From Candidatus Limnocylindrales bacterium (GTDB lineage: Bacteria > Chloroflexota > Limnocylindria > Limnocylindrales > CSP1-4), in the NCBI GenBank assembly GCA_038915165.1, contig JBCLDE010000002.1, positions 7,154-71,153 of the forward strand: a DNA stretch of 64,000 nucleotides. The letters run 5' to 3'. The position numbers were made by a program, and so were the translations under genes. This document shows positions 39,715 to 49,714 of the stretch, one piece after another (within the stretch, counting starts at the first letter, position 1; every line of letters starts with the position of its first letter). Under the pieces are notes generated by a model that worked only from the letters and a program-made list of their open reading frames with translations, did no database searches and was not told the DNA's origin.

Positions 39715-40172
39715 CTGGAACGCTGAGACGGTTGGCCAGTCTCGTCCTCCCAGCGCTCGTCGGCTTCGTCTCCGGCAGCCTGGCCGTCGTCGAGCTGCAA
39801 CGAGGCGCGCCGCTCGTCGAGCAGGGCGATCCCCTTCTTGATGCTGTTGAGCGTCTGGACGACGTCGCCCTCCAGGCCGACCAGGACGCTCACGGCATAC
39901 TCATCCGCGCCGCGCCGGACCTCGTCGGCGTCACGGTGCGCCTCCGCGATGATCTGCCGGCTCTGCCCTTCGGCCGCCTGGGTCAGGCCTCGCTCATCGA
40001 TCAGGAAGGCTGCCTGCTCCTGCGCCCGGGCCACGATCCGTTCCGCTTCCTCCTGGGCCTTCTCGATGATGCGCTCGCCCTCAGCGTTGATGCGCTTGGC
40101 CGCACGGACCTCCTCGGGCACTGCGACGCGCAGTTCGTCGATCAGGCCAAGGGCCGCGTTCTGATCGACCAC
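39711..40172 (-). CDS. Hypothetical coiled-coil protein (ATP-synthase b/E-subunit-like heptads), function unknown
   Basis: The protein reads ...INAEGERIIEKAQEEAERIVARAQEQAAFL... There are no TM segments. It is translationally coupled to yceD. Confidence 0.5.
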   Translation of the reverse strand: MVDQNAALGLIDELRVAVPEEVRAAKRINAEGERIIEKAQEEAERIVARAQEQAAFLIDERGLTQAAEGQSRQIIAEAHRDADEVRRGADEYAVSVLVGLEGDVVQTLNSIKKGIALLDERRASLQLDDGQAAGDEADERWEDETGQPSQRSR

Positions 40173-40316
40173 GACACTGGTAGTGAGCGGCAGCTTCTTG
40201 CCATTGGCGATGAGCGATTCGAGGCGTTCGACGAGGAAGATGATGTCGATCGGAGTGTCCTCCTTGGACGGCCGGCCGGAGTCCGCTGAACGCGATTATG
40301 GCACGACGACCGCTGC

Positions 40317-40814
40317 TCAGCGCCTTGCCAGTGCCTCCCTGAGGGCGACCGCCGCGGCTGCCGGGATCATCGTCGCGACGTCCCCTCCGAACGAGGCGAT
40401 CTCTTTGACCAGGCTGGAGCTGACGTAGCCGTTGGACACGGAGGTCATGAAGAAGACGGTGTCCACGTCCGGCGCGAGGACACGGTTGTTGTGGGCCAGC
40501 TGCATTTCCGTCTCGAAATCGCTGATGGCGCGCAGACCACGGACGATCGCGCCCGCCCCACGTGCGCGAGCGAGGTCCACGGTCAGTCCGTCGAATGCCT
40601 CCACCTCGATCCGCTCGATCGGCAGGCCGCCATCGGCGAGCGCGCCGCGGATCGCCGTGATGCGATCGTCGACGCTCAGGAGGGGCGCCTTTCTGGGGTT
40701 CGCCAGGACCGCCACGATGACCCGGTCGAAGACACCCGCGGCCCGCCGGACGATGTCGAGGTGCCCGTTCGTGATCGGATCGAACGAGCCGGGATAGACC
40801 GCGACGGTATTCAT
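40317..40814 (-). CDS. coaD: Phosphopantetheine adenylyltransferase
   Basis: The protein reads MNTVAVYPGSFDPITNGHLDIVRRA. Confidence 0.9.
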   Translation of the reverse strand: MNTVAVYPGSFDPITNGHLDIVRRAAGVFDRVIVAVLANPRKAPLLSVDDRITAIRGALADGGLPIERIEVEAFDGLTVDLARARGAGAIVRGLRAISDFETEMQLAHNNRVLAPDVDTVFFMTSVSNGYVSSSLVKEIASFGGDVATMIPAAAAVALREALARR

Positions 40815-41383
40815 CGATCCTCCTGGTACCGGTAGAAGGTCAGCGTCGTGTCGCCGAAGCGGCGCTCGCGATCGGATGCTAGCAGCCCGACACGGGCTGG
40901 CGGGAGGTCGCGCCAGAAGTGCTTGGCGACGACCCGGGCGCCGGGCGCGAGGTTAGGTTCGACGGCCACGAGGGCATCGGCCAGGAGGGCCGTGTCCGCG
41001 TAGGGCGGATCGACGACGACGATATCGAAGGGACCGGCCGCTGCGGCATCTGGGCCGCGCAGCCAGAGGATCGCGTCCGCCCGAACGACCCGTGCCCGCT
41101 CGCCGCCGAGATGGGTCCGGGCCAGATTGAACGCCACGACACGTGCAGCCCCGCCATCGCGCTCCAGGAACGTCACGTGACCAGCCCCACGGGACAGCAT
41201 CTCGATACCCGCCGCGCCGGACCCCGCGAACAGATCCAGGGCGTTCGCACCGGCCAGGTCCGGCTCGAGGATGGCGAAGAGCGTCTGCTTCACACGGTCC
41301 GCGAGTGGCCGCGTACCCGGACCAGGCGCCTCCAGGCGGATGCCCCTGGCGCTCCCCGCGACGACGCGGCCAGCGTCAGGCAC
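40811..41383 (-). CDS. rsmD: 16S rRNA (guanine966-N2)-methyltransferase RsmD
   Basis: The protein reads ...LDLFAGSGAAGIEMLSRGA...VVVDPPY. Confidence 0.85.
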   Translation of the reverse strand: MPDAGRVVAGSARGIRLEAPGPGTRPLADRVKQTLFAILEPDLAGANALDLFAGSGAAGIEMLSRGAGHVTFLERDGGAARVVAFNLARTHLGGERARVVRADAILWLRGPDAAAAGPFDIVVVDPPYADTALLADALVAVEPNLAPGARVVAKHFWRDLPPARVGLLASDRERRFGDTTLTFYRYQEDR

Positions 41384-41440
41384 CGGACCCTCCGTGCCAT
41401 CGCGGCCGATCCGCGCCGGAACTGCGTCGCCCGCCGCTCA

Positions 41441-43615
41441 TCACGTGCCGCTGGCGGGCTCGGCGGCCGCCACGCGCCGCAACCAGCCCGACTCCAGCTC
41501 CGCCGAGAGTGCCGGTCGCGGCGGTTCCATCCGACCGTCCTGATCCAGCAACCGTTCCGCCTGGGCCCTCGCCCGAACGGCCGACTCGCGATGGGCCGCC
41601 ACCTGGAGCGACGCGACACGCAACCGCGGGAACCCGCTCTGGGCCAGCCCCAGGACGTCACCCTCCCTCCGCAGTTCGAAATCCTTCTCCGCCAGTTCGA
41701 ACCCGTCATGGGTCTCCGTGACGACCTTGAGGCGCGCCTGCGCGATCTCGTCCGTGGAGTCCGAAACGAGGACACAGAACGACTCGACGGAGCCCCGGCC
41801 AACGCGACCGCGGAGCTGATGGAGCTGCGCGAGCCCGAACCGATCCGCCCCCTGTATGACCATCACGGTGGCTTCCGGGACGTCCACGCCAACCTCCACC
41901 ACGGTGGTCCCGACCAGGACGTCCAGATCGCCGTCGCGGAAGCGGGCCATCTCAGCGTCCCGTTCCGTCGCCTTGAGACGGCCGTGGACCATCCCGACCC
42001 GCAGCGGATCGAGCAACGCGCTCAGGCGGACCGCCTCGGTCTCGGCCGCCACGGTCCCGGCGATCTCGTCGACGCCCTCCTCGATGAGCGGGACCACAAC
42101 GAACGTTCGATGGCCCAGCGCGGCCTCCTCCCGCACCTTTTGCCACGTCCCCTCGAGCTCGTTCGGTCGGCGGATCCCGGTCCGGATGGTGACCCGTCCG
42201 GCAGGCGGCGTGCGCAGATCGGACACGTCCAGATCGGCATACAGGACCTGGGCGAGGGTCCGCGGGATCGGCGTGGCGGTCATCAGCAACACGTGCGGGG
42301 AGCGGCCGCCGGCCTTGGCCTCAAGCTGACCTCGCTGGTCGACACCGAATCGATGCTGCTCGTCGATGACGACGAGGCCCAGATCGGAGAACGACACCGC
42401 GTCCTGGATGAGGGCGTGCGTGCCCACCACGACGAGTGCCTGCCCGGACGCGATCGTCTCGAGCGCCTTCGCCTTCACCTCCGCCTTGAGCGAGCCGGTC
42501 AGCAGGGTCACGCCGATCCCCAGACCCTCGAGCAGGGCTCCGACCGTCTCCAGATGCTGGCGCGCCAGCAGGTCCGTGGGGGCCAGCAGCGCTCCCTGGA
42601 GGCCAGCCCGGGCGGTCGCGGCGAGGGCATAACTGGCGACCGCGGTCTTGCCCGACCCGACGTCGCCCTGCAGCAGGCGCAGCATCGGTGTCGGTCGCGC
42701 GAGGTCGTCCCGGATCGCAGTCATTGCGGCGATCTGGTCGGTCGTGAGCTGGACCGGTCGCCCGACCCACCCACTCAGTGCCTCCACGAGTGCGCGGCGG
42801 ACGGCTGCGTCTGACGCTTCTTCCAGGGTCACTACGGGTGCGGCGTCCCGGACGCGCTGGCGACGTCGCTGGACCATCCCGATCTGGAGGGCAAGCAGTT
42901 CGTCGAAGGCGAGTCGGTCCAGCGCCGCATCACGTGCTTCGAAGGAGTCCGGGTAGTGGGCCTCCTCGATCGCCTGCGCGATCGGCATCAGGCCTTCCTC
43001 GGCCACGATGGAAGCAGGCAGGTATTCCGGATAGGCGTGGCCGGCCTTGTCGAGCGCCTCGCGGATGGCGCTCCGGAGCCGGGCCGCGGTGAGGCCCGAC
43101 GTCAACGGGTAGACCGGCACGATCCGACCGGCGTGGAGGACCTCCGTCTCCCCGGTGAGAACCTGGAACTCCGGGTTGTCGAGGGTCAGCCGGCGTCCGA
43201 AATGCTTGACCTTGCCGGAAACCACGACCTCACCACCCACTGGCAGGCGGCGTTCGATAAACCGTCGCCCGAACCACGTGGCATCGATGCTGCCTGTGTC
43301 GTCCTCGAGCCGCGCGATCGTGCGCTGGATCCGCCCTCGGAAGCCGGGCTCCACCCGGACATCGCCGACACGCGCCTGGACCGATACGACCGTGCCGTCC
43401 TGCTCCATGAAGAGCTCGCCCAGCTTGCGCATCTCGCGCAGGTCGTCGTACCGCCGTGGGAGGTGGAAGAGCAGGTCTCGGACCGTATAGAAGTCGAGCC
43501 GGATCCCGGCCCGGCGCAACTGCGATCCTGCCGTCAGCCCGGACTGGGCGAGGGGCGTCGACAGGAGCTCGACCGGGTCGGTCGGCACAGTCGCCGGGCT
43601 CGTTGCCTTCGTCAC
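41441..43615 (-). CDS. recG: ATP-dependent DNA helicase RecG
   Basis: It has a wedge/OB N-domain and helicase motifs LLQGDVGSGKTAVA, DEQHRFG and the C-terminal TRG. Confidence 0.9.
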   Translation of the reverse strand: MTKATSPATVPTDPVELLSTPLAQSGLTAGSQLRRAGIRLDFYTVRDLLFHLPRRYDDLREMRKLGELFMEQDGTVVSVQARVGDVRVEPGFRGRIQRTIARLEDDTGSIDATWFGRRFIERRLPVGGEVVVSGKVKHFGRRLTLDNPEFQVLTGETEVLHAGRIVPVYPLTSGLTAARLRSAIREALDKAGHAYPEYLPASIVAEEGLMPIAQAIEEAHYPDSFEARDAALDRLAFDELLALQIGMVQRRRQRVRDAAPVVTLEEASDAAVRRALVEALSGWVGRPVQLTTDQIAAMTAIRDDLARPTPMLRLLQGDVGSGKTAVASYALAATARAGLQGALLAPTDLLARQHLETVGALLEGLGIGVTLLTGSLKAEVKAKALETIASGQALVVVGTHALIQDAVSFSDLGLVVIDEQHRFGVDQRGQLEAKAGGRSPHVLLMTATPIPRTLAQVLYADLDVSDLRTPPAGRVTIRTGIRRPNELEGTWQKVREEAALGHRTFVVVPLIEEGVDEIAGTVAAETEAVRLSALLDPLRVGMVHGRLKATERDAEMARFRDGDLDVLVGTTVVEVGVDVPEATVMVIQGADRFGLAQLHQLRGRVGRGSVESFCVLVSDSTDEIAQARLKVVTETHDGFELAEKDFELRREGDVLGLAQSGFPRLRVASLQVAAHRESAVRARAQAERLLDQDGRMEPPRPALSAELESGWLRRVAAAEPASGT

Positions 43616-43616
43616 C

Positions 43617-45305
43617 CTATTCAGCGGAGATCAGGTACCGGTAGAACGGCTGGCCGCCGCGGCGGACCTCGACCTCCACGCCGGGCAGGATGGCACCCAC
43701 CCGGCGGGCCATCGCCTCCGTCTCCGCCAGGTCGGCGCCGTCACCGTAGAACAGTGTCACCAGCTCGAAGCCTGGCTGGAGTGAGGCTATCGCGGCCAGT
43801 ACGGCCTCCTCGCGGTCGCCAGCGACTGCCACCAGTCCGTCGTCCGGATCGAGCGCGATCGTCTGGCCGCGTTTGACCTTGCGGCCGCCGATCGTGGCGT
43901 CGCGGACCGCCTGGGTGACGACGAGCGTCTGGATCGCGCGTCCGGCCGCCGTCATGACGGCCGCATTGGCCGTCGCGTCAAGGCTCGGGTCCATCGAGAG
44001 CAGGGCCGCAAAGCCTTCGGCGGCGTTGCGCGTGGGGACGACAACGACCGGACGCGACGACATCGATGCGACCTGTCGGGCGGCCAGGACGACGTTCGGG
44101 TTGTTTGGCAGCACGATGATCTCGCGGCCCGCCACGGCCTCGATCGCGTTGAGGAGTTCGCCCGTACTCGGGTTGGCCGACTGGCCGCCCTGCACGACGG
44201 CCGCCACCCCGAAGTCGCGGAAGATCGCCGCGAGGCCGTCGCCGGCGACGACCGCGACGACGGCCAGGGGCGGTTCCAGCGCGCTGCCCATTCCGCCGGT
44301 CCTCTCACCGACCGCCGACACCGACTCCGCGCCGTCGCTCGTGAAGGCCGCGGCGCGGATCTCGCGAACGTCGCGGGCCTGGTTGTCGAGGTTCTCCACA
44401 CTGATCCGACTCAGCGCGCCGATGGTCAGTCCGTAACCGATGACCAGGTCCGGGCGTTCGTTGTGGACGTGGACCTTGAGGGCACGCGAGTCGCCGGCCA
44501 CCAGCACGGAGTCGCCGATCGACGCGAGGTGGTCGCGGATGGCGTCGACATCGAGCGAGCCCGAGTCGTTCGGCTGAAGCAGGAACATCGTCTCGTAGCC
44601 GAACCCCTCGTCGGCGTGAGCGACGAGCGTGGACGCCTTGACGCCGACCCCGGCATGGGCCCGATCCCGGGCGGCTCCGGCGGGCGATCCCGCGACGAGA
44701 TGGAGGAGCGCGCCCTGGAACAGCCGGTAGAGGCCCTGGCCACCCGCGTCGACGACACCCGACTCGCGCAGGATGGCCAGCAGGGTCGGGGTGCGGGCCA
44801 CCGACTTCTCGGCGGCGTCGAGCGTCGCGGTGAGCACGGTCTCGAGATCGTTGTCGCGTTCCGCGGCGGTGACCGCGCCGGCTGCCGCCTCGCGGATGAC
44901 CGTCAGGATCGTGCCTTCGACCGGCTTGGCGACCGCGCCATACGCCGTCCTGGCCCCTTCCGACAGGGCATGCGCGAGGTCCAGGCCGTTGAACCGACTC
45001 TTGCCGTCGAGGGCCTCGGCCATCCCCCGGAAGATCTGGCTGGTGATGACGCCGGAATTGCCGCGGGCGCCCATCAGCGCCCCGAAGCTGATCGCCGCGG
45101 CGACCCGATGGGCCGGTTGGCCGGCGACGCCTTCCGCCTCCTCGAGGGCCGCCCGGACCGTGGCCAGCATATTGGACCCCGTGTCTCCGTCGGGGACCGG
45201 GTAGACGTTCAGCGCGTTGATCTCATCGACGTGCGCTTCCAGATTCGCGACCGCCGCCCGGAAGGTGTCGAGCAGCCCGGCGCCATCACAGGCACGTCGG
45301 GCCAT
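43617..45305 (-). CDS. DAK2 domain fusion protein YloV
   Basis: The protein reads ...NVYPVPDGDTGSNM... (Dak2) plus a DegV-like C-half. Its position upstream of recG is conserved. Confidence 0.85.
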   Translation of the reverse strand: MARRACDGAGLLDTFRAAVANLEAHVDEINALNVYPVPDGDTGSNMLATVRAALEEAEGVAGQPAHRVAAAISFGALMGARGNSGVITSQIFRGMAEALDGKSRFNGLDLAHALSEGARTAYGAVAKPVEGTILTVIREAAAGAVTAAERDNDLETVLTATLDAAEKSVARTPTLLAILRESGVVDAGGQGLYRLFQGALLHLVAGSPAGAARDRAHAGVGVKASTLVAHADEGFGYETMFLLQPNDSGSLDVDAIRDHLASIGDSVLVAGDSRALKVHVHNERPDLVIGYGLTIGALSRISVENLDNQARDVREIRAAAFTSDGAESVSAVGERTGGMGSALEPPLAVVAVVAGDGLAAIFRDFGVAAVVQGGQSANPSTGELLNAIEAVAGREIIVLPNNPNVVLAARQVASMSSRPVVVVPTRNAAEGFAALLSMDPSLDATANAAVMTAAGRAIQTLVVTQAVRDATIGGRKVKRGQTIALDPDDGLVAVAGDREEAVLAAIASLQPGFELVTLFYGDGADLAETEAMARRVGAILPGVEVEVRRGGQPFYRYLISAE

Positions 45306-45727
45306 CAGGCCACGTCCGTGCCACTGTCGGCGAGATCACGCGGCCGGATCGCCTCCGGATCCGCGTGGACGACGGCCGGCGGCGCACCGACCGGCCCGAA
45401 ACGCAGCCCGCCGATATGGATCGTCAGCCGGCGGATCTCCCGACCCAGGGCATGCTGGACGGCATAGCGGACCGCCGACTCGACCTGGCGGGCGACCTCT
45501 GCGATCGGCACACCGTAGACCACGGTCAGGTCCAGCTCGATATCGAGTCCATGGTGGAGTCGCAGGACGATCCCGGGCTGGACGAGCCCCAGCCTGCCAA
45601 GGGCGAGCTGGAAGGGGTTGCCAGCGAACCCGCTTACGCCATATGACCCGAGCGTGGCCGTCCGGACGATGTCGACGACGGCGCGGCGCGTCACCAACGT
45701 TCGGCCGGGCGTGGGCTGGGTTGGCAT
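45305..45727 (-). CDS. Asp23/Gls24 family protein (YloU-like)
   Basis: The protein reads ...VVDIVRTATLGSYGVSGFAG... The ORF track begins at 45775; the internal ATG at 45727 is chosen. Confidence 0.7.
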   Translation of the reverse strand: MPTQPTPGRTLVTRRAVVDIVRTATLGSYGVSGFAGNPFQLALGRLGLVQPGIVLRLHHGLDIELDLTVVYGVPIAEVARQVESAVRYAVQHALGREIRRLTIHIGGLRFGPVGAPPAVVHADPEAIRPRDLADSGTDVA

Positions 45728-45790
45728 GCGGGCGACGTCCTCCTCGCGAGCGCGGGTCGGGCGGCGTCCGGGCACGGATGCCGGAGGCCG

Positions 45791-45803
45791 TGTGCTATTC
45801 TAC
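45791..45803 (+). promoter_or_regulatory. Candidate extended -10 promoter element (TGcTATTCT) for rpmB, in the yloU/rpmB divergent spacer
   Basis: gtgTGcTATTCTacc lies about 60 nt upstream of the rpmB ATG. AGAGGA (SD) sits 8-13 nt before the ATG. No clear -35 was found. Confidence 0.25.
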
Positions 45804-45862
45804 CGCTCCCTTCGGGCCCGACCGGGTCCGTCCCCCTGACCCGACCTTCCAGAGGACCACGC

Positions 45863-46060
45863 ATGTCCCGCCAGTGCGCGCTCTGCGGCAAGACTTCGAT
45901 GGGCGGCTTCAATCCCCAGTCTTCTGGGATGAACCGTGTTCGAGCTCATCGCCGGATGCAACCGAACCTCCAGCCGCTCGTGATCACCCAGAAGGGCAGC
46001 CCCACCAAGGCTCTCGTCTGCACGCGCTGCCGCCGCACCCTGCTCAAGCCGGCCAAGTAG
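45863..46060 (+). CDS. rpmB: 50S ribosomal protein L28
   Basis: The protein reads MSRQCALCGKTSMGGFNPQSSGMNRVRAHRRMQPNLQ. Confidence 0.9.
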   Translation: MSRQCALCGKTSMGGFNPQSSGMNRVRAHRRMQPNLQPLVITQKGSPTKALVCTRCRRTLLKPAK

Positions 46061-46088
46061 CCGGGGCAGAGCCGGCCGTCCCCCTCCC

Positions 46089-46535
46089 CTACCGTTCGGC
46101 GCTGTCGAGCCAGATCGTGAATGGACCGTCGTTGACGAGCTCGACCGCCATCTCGGCACCGAACCGGCCGGTTGCCACGGTGACACCAAAGCCTCGAAGC
46201 GCGTCGGCAAATCGCTCGTAGAGGCGTTCCGCCTCATCGGGCAGGGCCCCACCGGTAAAGCCTGGACGACGTCCCCGCCGCGTATCCGCATAGAGCGTGA
46301 ACTGCGATACGACGAGCGCGGCTCCGCCAGTGTCCAGCAGCGAACGGTTCGCGCGGCCGTCGTCGTCCCGAAAGATGCGCAGCTCGGCCGACTTGCGCGC
46401 CATCTCCGCGGCGGTCGCCTCCGTGTCCCCTGGTCCGACGCCGACCAGGATGACCAACCCGCCGGCGATCGCGCCGACGACCTCCCCAGCCACGCGAACG
46501 GTCGCGCCGCTTGTCCGCTGCAGGAGCGCCCTCAC
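46089..46535 (-). CDS. dtd: D-aminoacyl-tRNA deacylase
   Basis: The protein reads [15 protein letters not shown]...SQFTLYAD...GPFT. Confidence 0.85.
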   Translation of the reverse strand: MRALLQRTSGATVRVAGEVVGAIAGGLVILVGVGPGDTEATAAEMARKSAELRIFRDDDGRANRSLLDTGGAALVVSQFTLYADTRRGRRPGFTGGALPDEAERLYERFADALRGFGVTVATGRFGAEMAVELVNDGPFTIWLDSAER

Positions 46536-47527
46536 GGGTAGCTGGGTGGCGGGATGACGCCATGCTCGGTGATGAACGCCTCTCGCCAGGCCGCGGCCTC
46601 GCGTTCGTGGACGAGCCGGGCCGACGCGTGTCGCTCGATGACCAGTGCCTCCACGCTGGCGGGCACAAGCAGGTCGTAGTCGCGCACTCCATCGGGGTTC
46701 ATCTGTCCGTCGCCACGGAGCATGACGACCGGGATCCCGCCTCCCCCGATCTCATCGAGGAAGGTGTGGGCAAGGTGCTTCGGCAACGACGCGAACGTCA
46801 CCATCCGGTCGCGCGGGATCGGCGGGACGCCACCGTTGATGTCGTACTGGAAGCCCTCGTCGGCGAGAGCGCGGATGAGCCGGATCTCGCGCCCCATGTC
46901 GTGGCCCTTGATGAACAGCGCGGACCCGACGACCAGGACGTCGACGCCGAGCCCACCGGCGAATTCGGCGGTCTCGCGGTTGATGCCGCCATCCACATGG
47001 ACCTCACCGCCGAATGCCCGGTGACTGAGCAGTGCACGGGCAGCCATGAGCTTCTCCCTGGCAACCTCGCGCATGAACGTCTGACCGCCGAAGCCGGGCT
47101 CCACGGTCATGACCAGCACGATGTCGAGCAGGTCGCGATACGGCTCCAGAGCCGATAGCGGCGTGGCCGGCTTGACCGCCAGCCCGGCCGCCCGTCCGGC
47201 CGCCCGGATGCGCCGGAGCGTCGGAGCGATCTCCTCCTGGATCTCGACATGGAAGGTGATCGAGTCGCAGCCTGCCTCGAGGAAACCGTCGAGATGGCGA
47301 CCCGGTTCGTCGATCATCAGGTGCGCATCGAACGGCAGTTCCGTCCTCCGGCGGAGGTGCTTGATCGTCTTGGCGCCGAACGTCAGGTTCGGCACAAAGT
47401 GGCCGTCCATGACATCGAGATGGATCCGGTCGGCCGCGGCCCCCTCGACGCGCCGGACGGCGTGGGCCAGATTGGAGAGGTCGGCGTCGAGGATGCTGGC
47501 CGCGACCCGCGCCCGCCCGCCGGCCAA
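46532..47527 (-). CDS. rpe: Ribulose-phosphate 3-epimerase with a C-terminal extension of about 106 aa and unknown function
   Basis: The Rpe core is [11 protein letters not shown]...[16 protein letters not shown]...DAHLMI... ending near VVGSALF. Residues 226-331 ([47 protein letters not shown]...) have no counterpart in standard Rpe. Confidence 0.8.
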   Translation of the reverse strand: MAGGRARVAASILDADLSNLAHAVRRVEGAAADRIHLDVMDGHFVPNLTFGAKTIKHLRRRTELPFDAHLMIDEPGRHLDGFLEAGCDSITFHVEIQEEIAPTLRRIRAAGRAAGLAVKPATPLSALEPYRDLLDIVLVMTVEPGFGGQTFMREVAREKLMAARALLSHRAFGGEVHVDGGINRETAEFAGGLGVDVLVVGSALFIKGHDMGREIRLIRALADEGFQYDINGGVPPIPRDRMVTFASLPKHLAHTFLDEIGGGGIPVVMLRGDGQMNPDGVRDYDLLVPASVEALVIERHASARLVHEREAAAWREAFITEHGVIPPPSYP

Positions 47528-47529
47528 GA

Positions 47530-48708
47530 CTAGTCCCCCACTCCGGCCGGCGCCGGATCGTGGCTGCGCTCACCGAGCAGGGCGGCGGCGCTCTCCGCCA
47601 CGAGACGAGCCCGTCGGCGGGCCACGGCCGGCGCGGGCGGTTCGCCACCCCGCTCGGCGGCAAGCTGGCCGCAGGCCGCGCCGATCTCCTGGCCGCGGTT
47701 GCGTCGGATCGTCGTTTGGATGCCGGCCCCTTGAAGGGTTGCCGCGAAGGCCTCGATGACCGGCATCGGGCTGGCGGTCCACGGTGTGTGCGCGACAGGA
47801 TTCATCGGGATGAGGTTGACGTGGGCGTGATCGCCGCGCAAGAGCTCCGCCATCGCGATCGCATCCATCTCGGTGTCGTTGATCCCGCCGATCATCGTCA
47901 CCTCGTAACTGACCCGCCGGCCCGTCGCCCGACTGTGATCCCGGGCCGCGGCGATCACCTCCGCCACCGGCCAGCGTCGGTTGAGTGGGACGAGGACATC
48001 GCGCAAAGGGTCTTGGGCGGCATGGAGGGAAACGGCCAGTGTGAACTGCGGTCCGAGGGCGGTCAGCCGCTGGATCCCGGGCACCACACCAGACGTGGAG
48101 ACCGTGATGTGCCGAGCGCCCAGGCCAAAGCGCCGCGGGTCGTTGAGCGCCTCGATGGCGGCCAGGACACGATCGAGGTTGAGGAGCGGCTCGCCCATCC
48201 CCATGAACACGATGTTGGTGAGCCGCCGACCGTCGGCCACCAGCCGCCGGGCCGCGAAGCGAACCTGGTCCACGATCTCGGCCGTCTCGAGGTCCCGTCC
48301 GAAGCCGAGTTCGCCGGTCGCGCAAAACGGACAGCCGACGGCACAGCCGGCCTGACTCGAGATGCACAACGTGTGCCGTTCGCGCGATTCGGATCTGGCC
48401 GGATAGTGCATCAGCACCGATTCGATGAGCGCGCCGTCGGCGAGGCGGTGGAGCGCCTTCTCAGTCAGCCCGCCATCGGCCTCGACCACGTCGGTCTCGC
48501 CGACCGTGTCGAAGCGGAACGAGGCATCGAGGGCGGTTCGGAGGTCGACTGGCAGCGTAAGTATCTCGTCGATCGAGGCGACCGTGTTGGCCCACACGGC
48601 GTCGGCGATCTGGCGGACCCGATAAGTCGGTTCCCCACGCTCGGCCAACCAGGCCTCCAGGTCCTCGAATGAGAGCCCGGACAGGCCGGGGCGGATCTCG
48701 TCAGTCAC
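47530..48708 (-). CDS. rlmN: 23S rRNA/tRNA (adenine-C2)-methyltransferase RlmN (radical SAM)
   Basis: The radical-SAM motif is CISSQAGCAVGCPFCATG, followed by ...GMGEPLLN. Confidence 0.9.
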   Translation of the reverse strand: MTDEIRPGLSGLSFEDLEAWLAERGEPTYRVRQIADAVWANTVASIDEILTLPVDLRTALDASFRFDTVGETDVVEADGGLTEKALHRLADGALIESVLMHYPARSESRERHTLCISSQAGCAVGCPFCATGELGFGRDLETAEIVDQVRFAARRLVADGRRLTNIVFMGMGEPLLNLDRVLAAIEALNDPRRFGLGARHITVSTSGVVPGIQRLTALGPQFTLAVSLHAAQDPLRDVLVPLNRRWPVAEVIAAARDHSRATGRRVSYEVTMIGGINDTEMDAIAMAELLRGDHAHVNLIPMNPVAHTPWTASPMPVIEAFAATLQGAGIQTTIRRNRGQEIGAACGQLAAERGGEPPAPAVARRRARLVAESAAALLGERSHDPAPAGVGD

Positions 48709-48730
48709 GCGTTGATGCTAGCGCAGCCCG

Positions 48731-49714
48731 TCACGGGCCCGGTACGACCGCACTGCCGACGAGGCCGGGGCGCCCGCGCAGGAAGTCGCGGCCGGTCATC
48801 GCCCGGCCGCCGGCGGGCTTGACGATGTGCAGGACGAGTCGGCCGTCAGCCGTCGTGAGGGCCAGTCCCTCGCCCTGCCGGACGATGCGGCCCGGGACGT
48901 CCCTCGGCTCGCCTTCGGCAAGGGAGGCAGCCAGGACGCTGAAGCGGCCGTCGTCCGTCTCGATGAACGTGCCGGGCCACGGCAGATAGGCACGGATCCA
49001 TCGCTCCAGCAGGACGGCTGGCACGGCGGGATCAAGCCGGCCGTCCTCGCGCCGGAGGGGGCGAGTCAACGTGGCGCCGGTCTCAGACTGCGGCCGGGGG
49101 TCCAGGTCGCCCCAGATCCACGGACCCAGGTTCCGATCCAGAAGGTGGTCCGCGACGATCTCCAGCGCCTCCTTCAGGCGTGGCGTGGTCCCGGTGTCGT
49201 CGATGGCGAATCGCTCCTGGGCGACGATCGGCCCGGTGTCCAGCCCTGCGTCCATCTTCATCAGGGTGACACCGGTCTCCGCGTCCCCGGCCAGGATCGC
49301 CGCGGGGATCGGGGTCGCGCCGCGATGGCGGGGAAGCAGCGATGGATGGAGATTCAGGGCGCCATACCTGAGATCGAGAAGCGCCGCCGGGACGATCTGC
49401 CCGTAGTCGGCGAGCACGAGGAGCTCCGGCTCCAAGGCCAGGACCGTCGCGATCGAGTCATGCGCGCGCAGGCGCTCCGGGGCAAGGATGGACTCGACAC
49501 CAAGCTCCCGGGCCGCGTCGTCGATGACCGAGCGCCTGAGTCGTTGATCGCGGCCGGCGGGGCGGGGTGCCGCAGTGACGACTCCCACCAATCGAACGTC
49601 GTCGCGCTGATCAAGCCGCAAGAGGCACCGTCGACCGAACCCGCCACTGCCCAGGAACACGGTCCGAACGCGCGAGTCGGCCGCGCGCGAGTCGGCCGCG
49701 CGCGCAACGGTCAC
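48731..49714 (-). CDS. fmt: Methionyl-tRNA formyltransferase
   Basis: The protein reads ...RTVFLGSGGFG...LNLHPSLLPRHRGATPI. The N-terminal AADSRAADSR is encoded by a 15-nt tandem duplication (about 49671-49705). Confidence 0.85.
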   Translation of the reverse strand: MTVARAADSRAADSRVRTVFLGSGGFGRRCLLRLDQRDDVRLVGVVTAAPRPAGRDQRLRRSVIDDAARELGVESILAPERLRAHDSIATVLALEPELLVLADYGQIVPAALLDLRYGALNLHPSLLPRHRGATPIPAAILAGDAETGVTLMKMDAGLDTGPIVAQERFAIDDTGTTPRLKEALEIVADHLLDRNLGPWIWGDLDPRPQSETGATLTRPLRREDGRLDPAVPAVLLERWIRAYLPWPGTFIETDDGRFSVLAASLAEGEPRDVPGRIVRQGEGLALTTADGRLVLHIVKPAGGRAMTGRDFLRGRPGLVGSAVVPGP

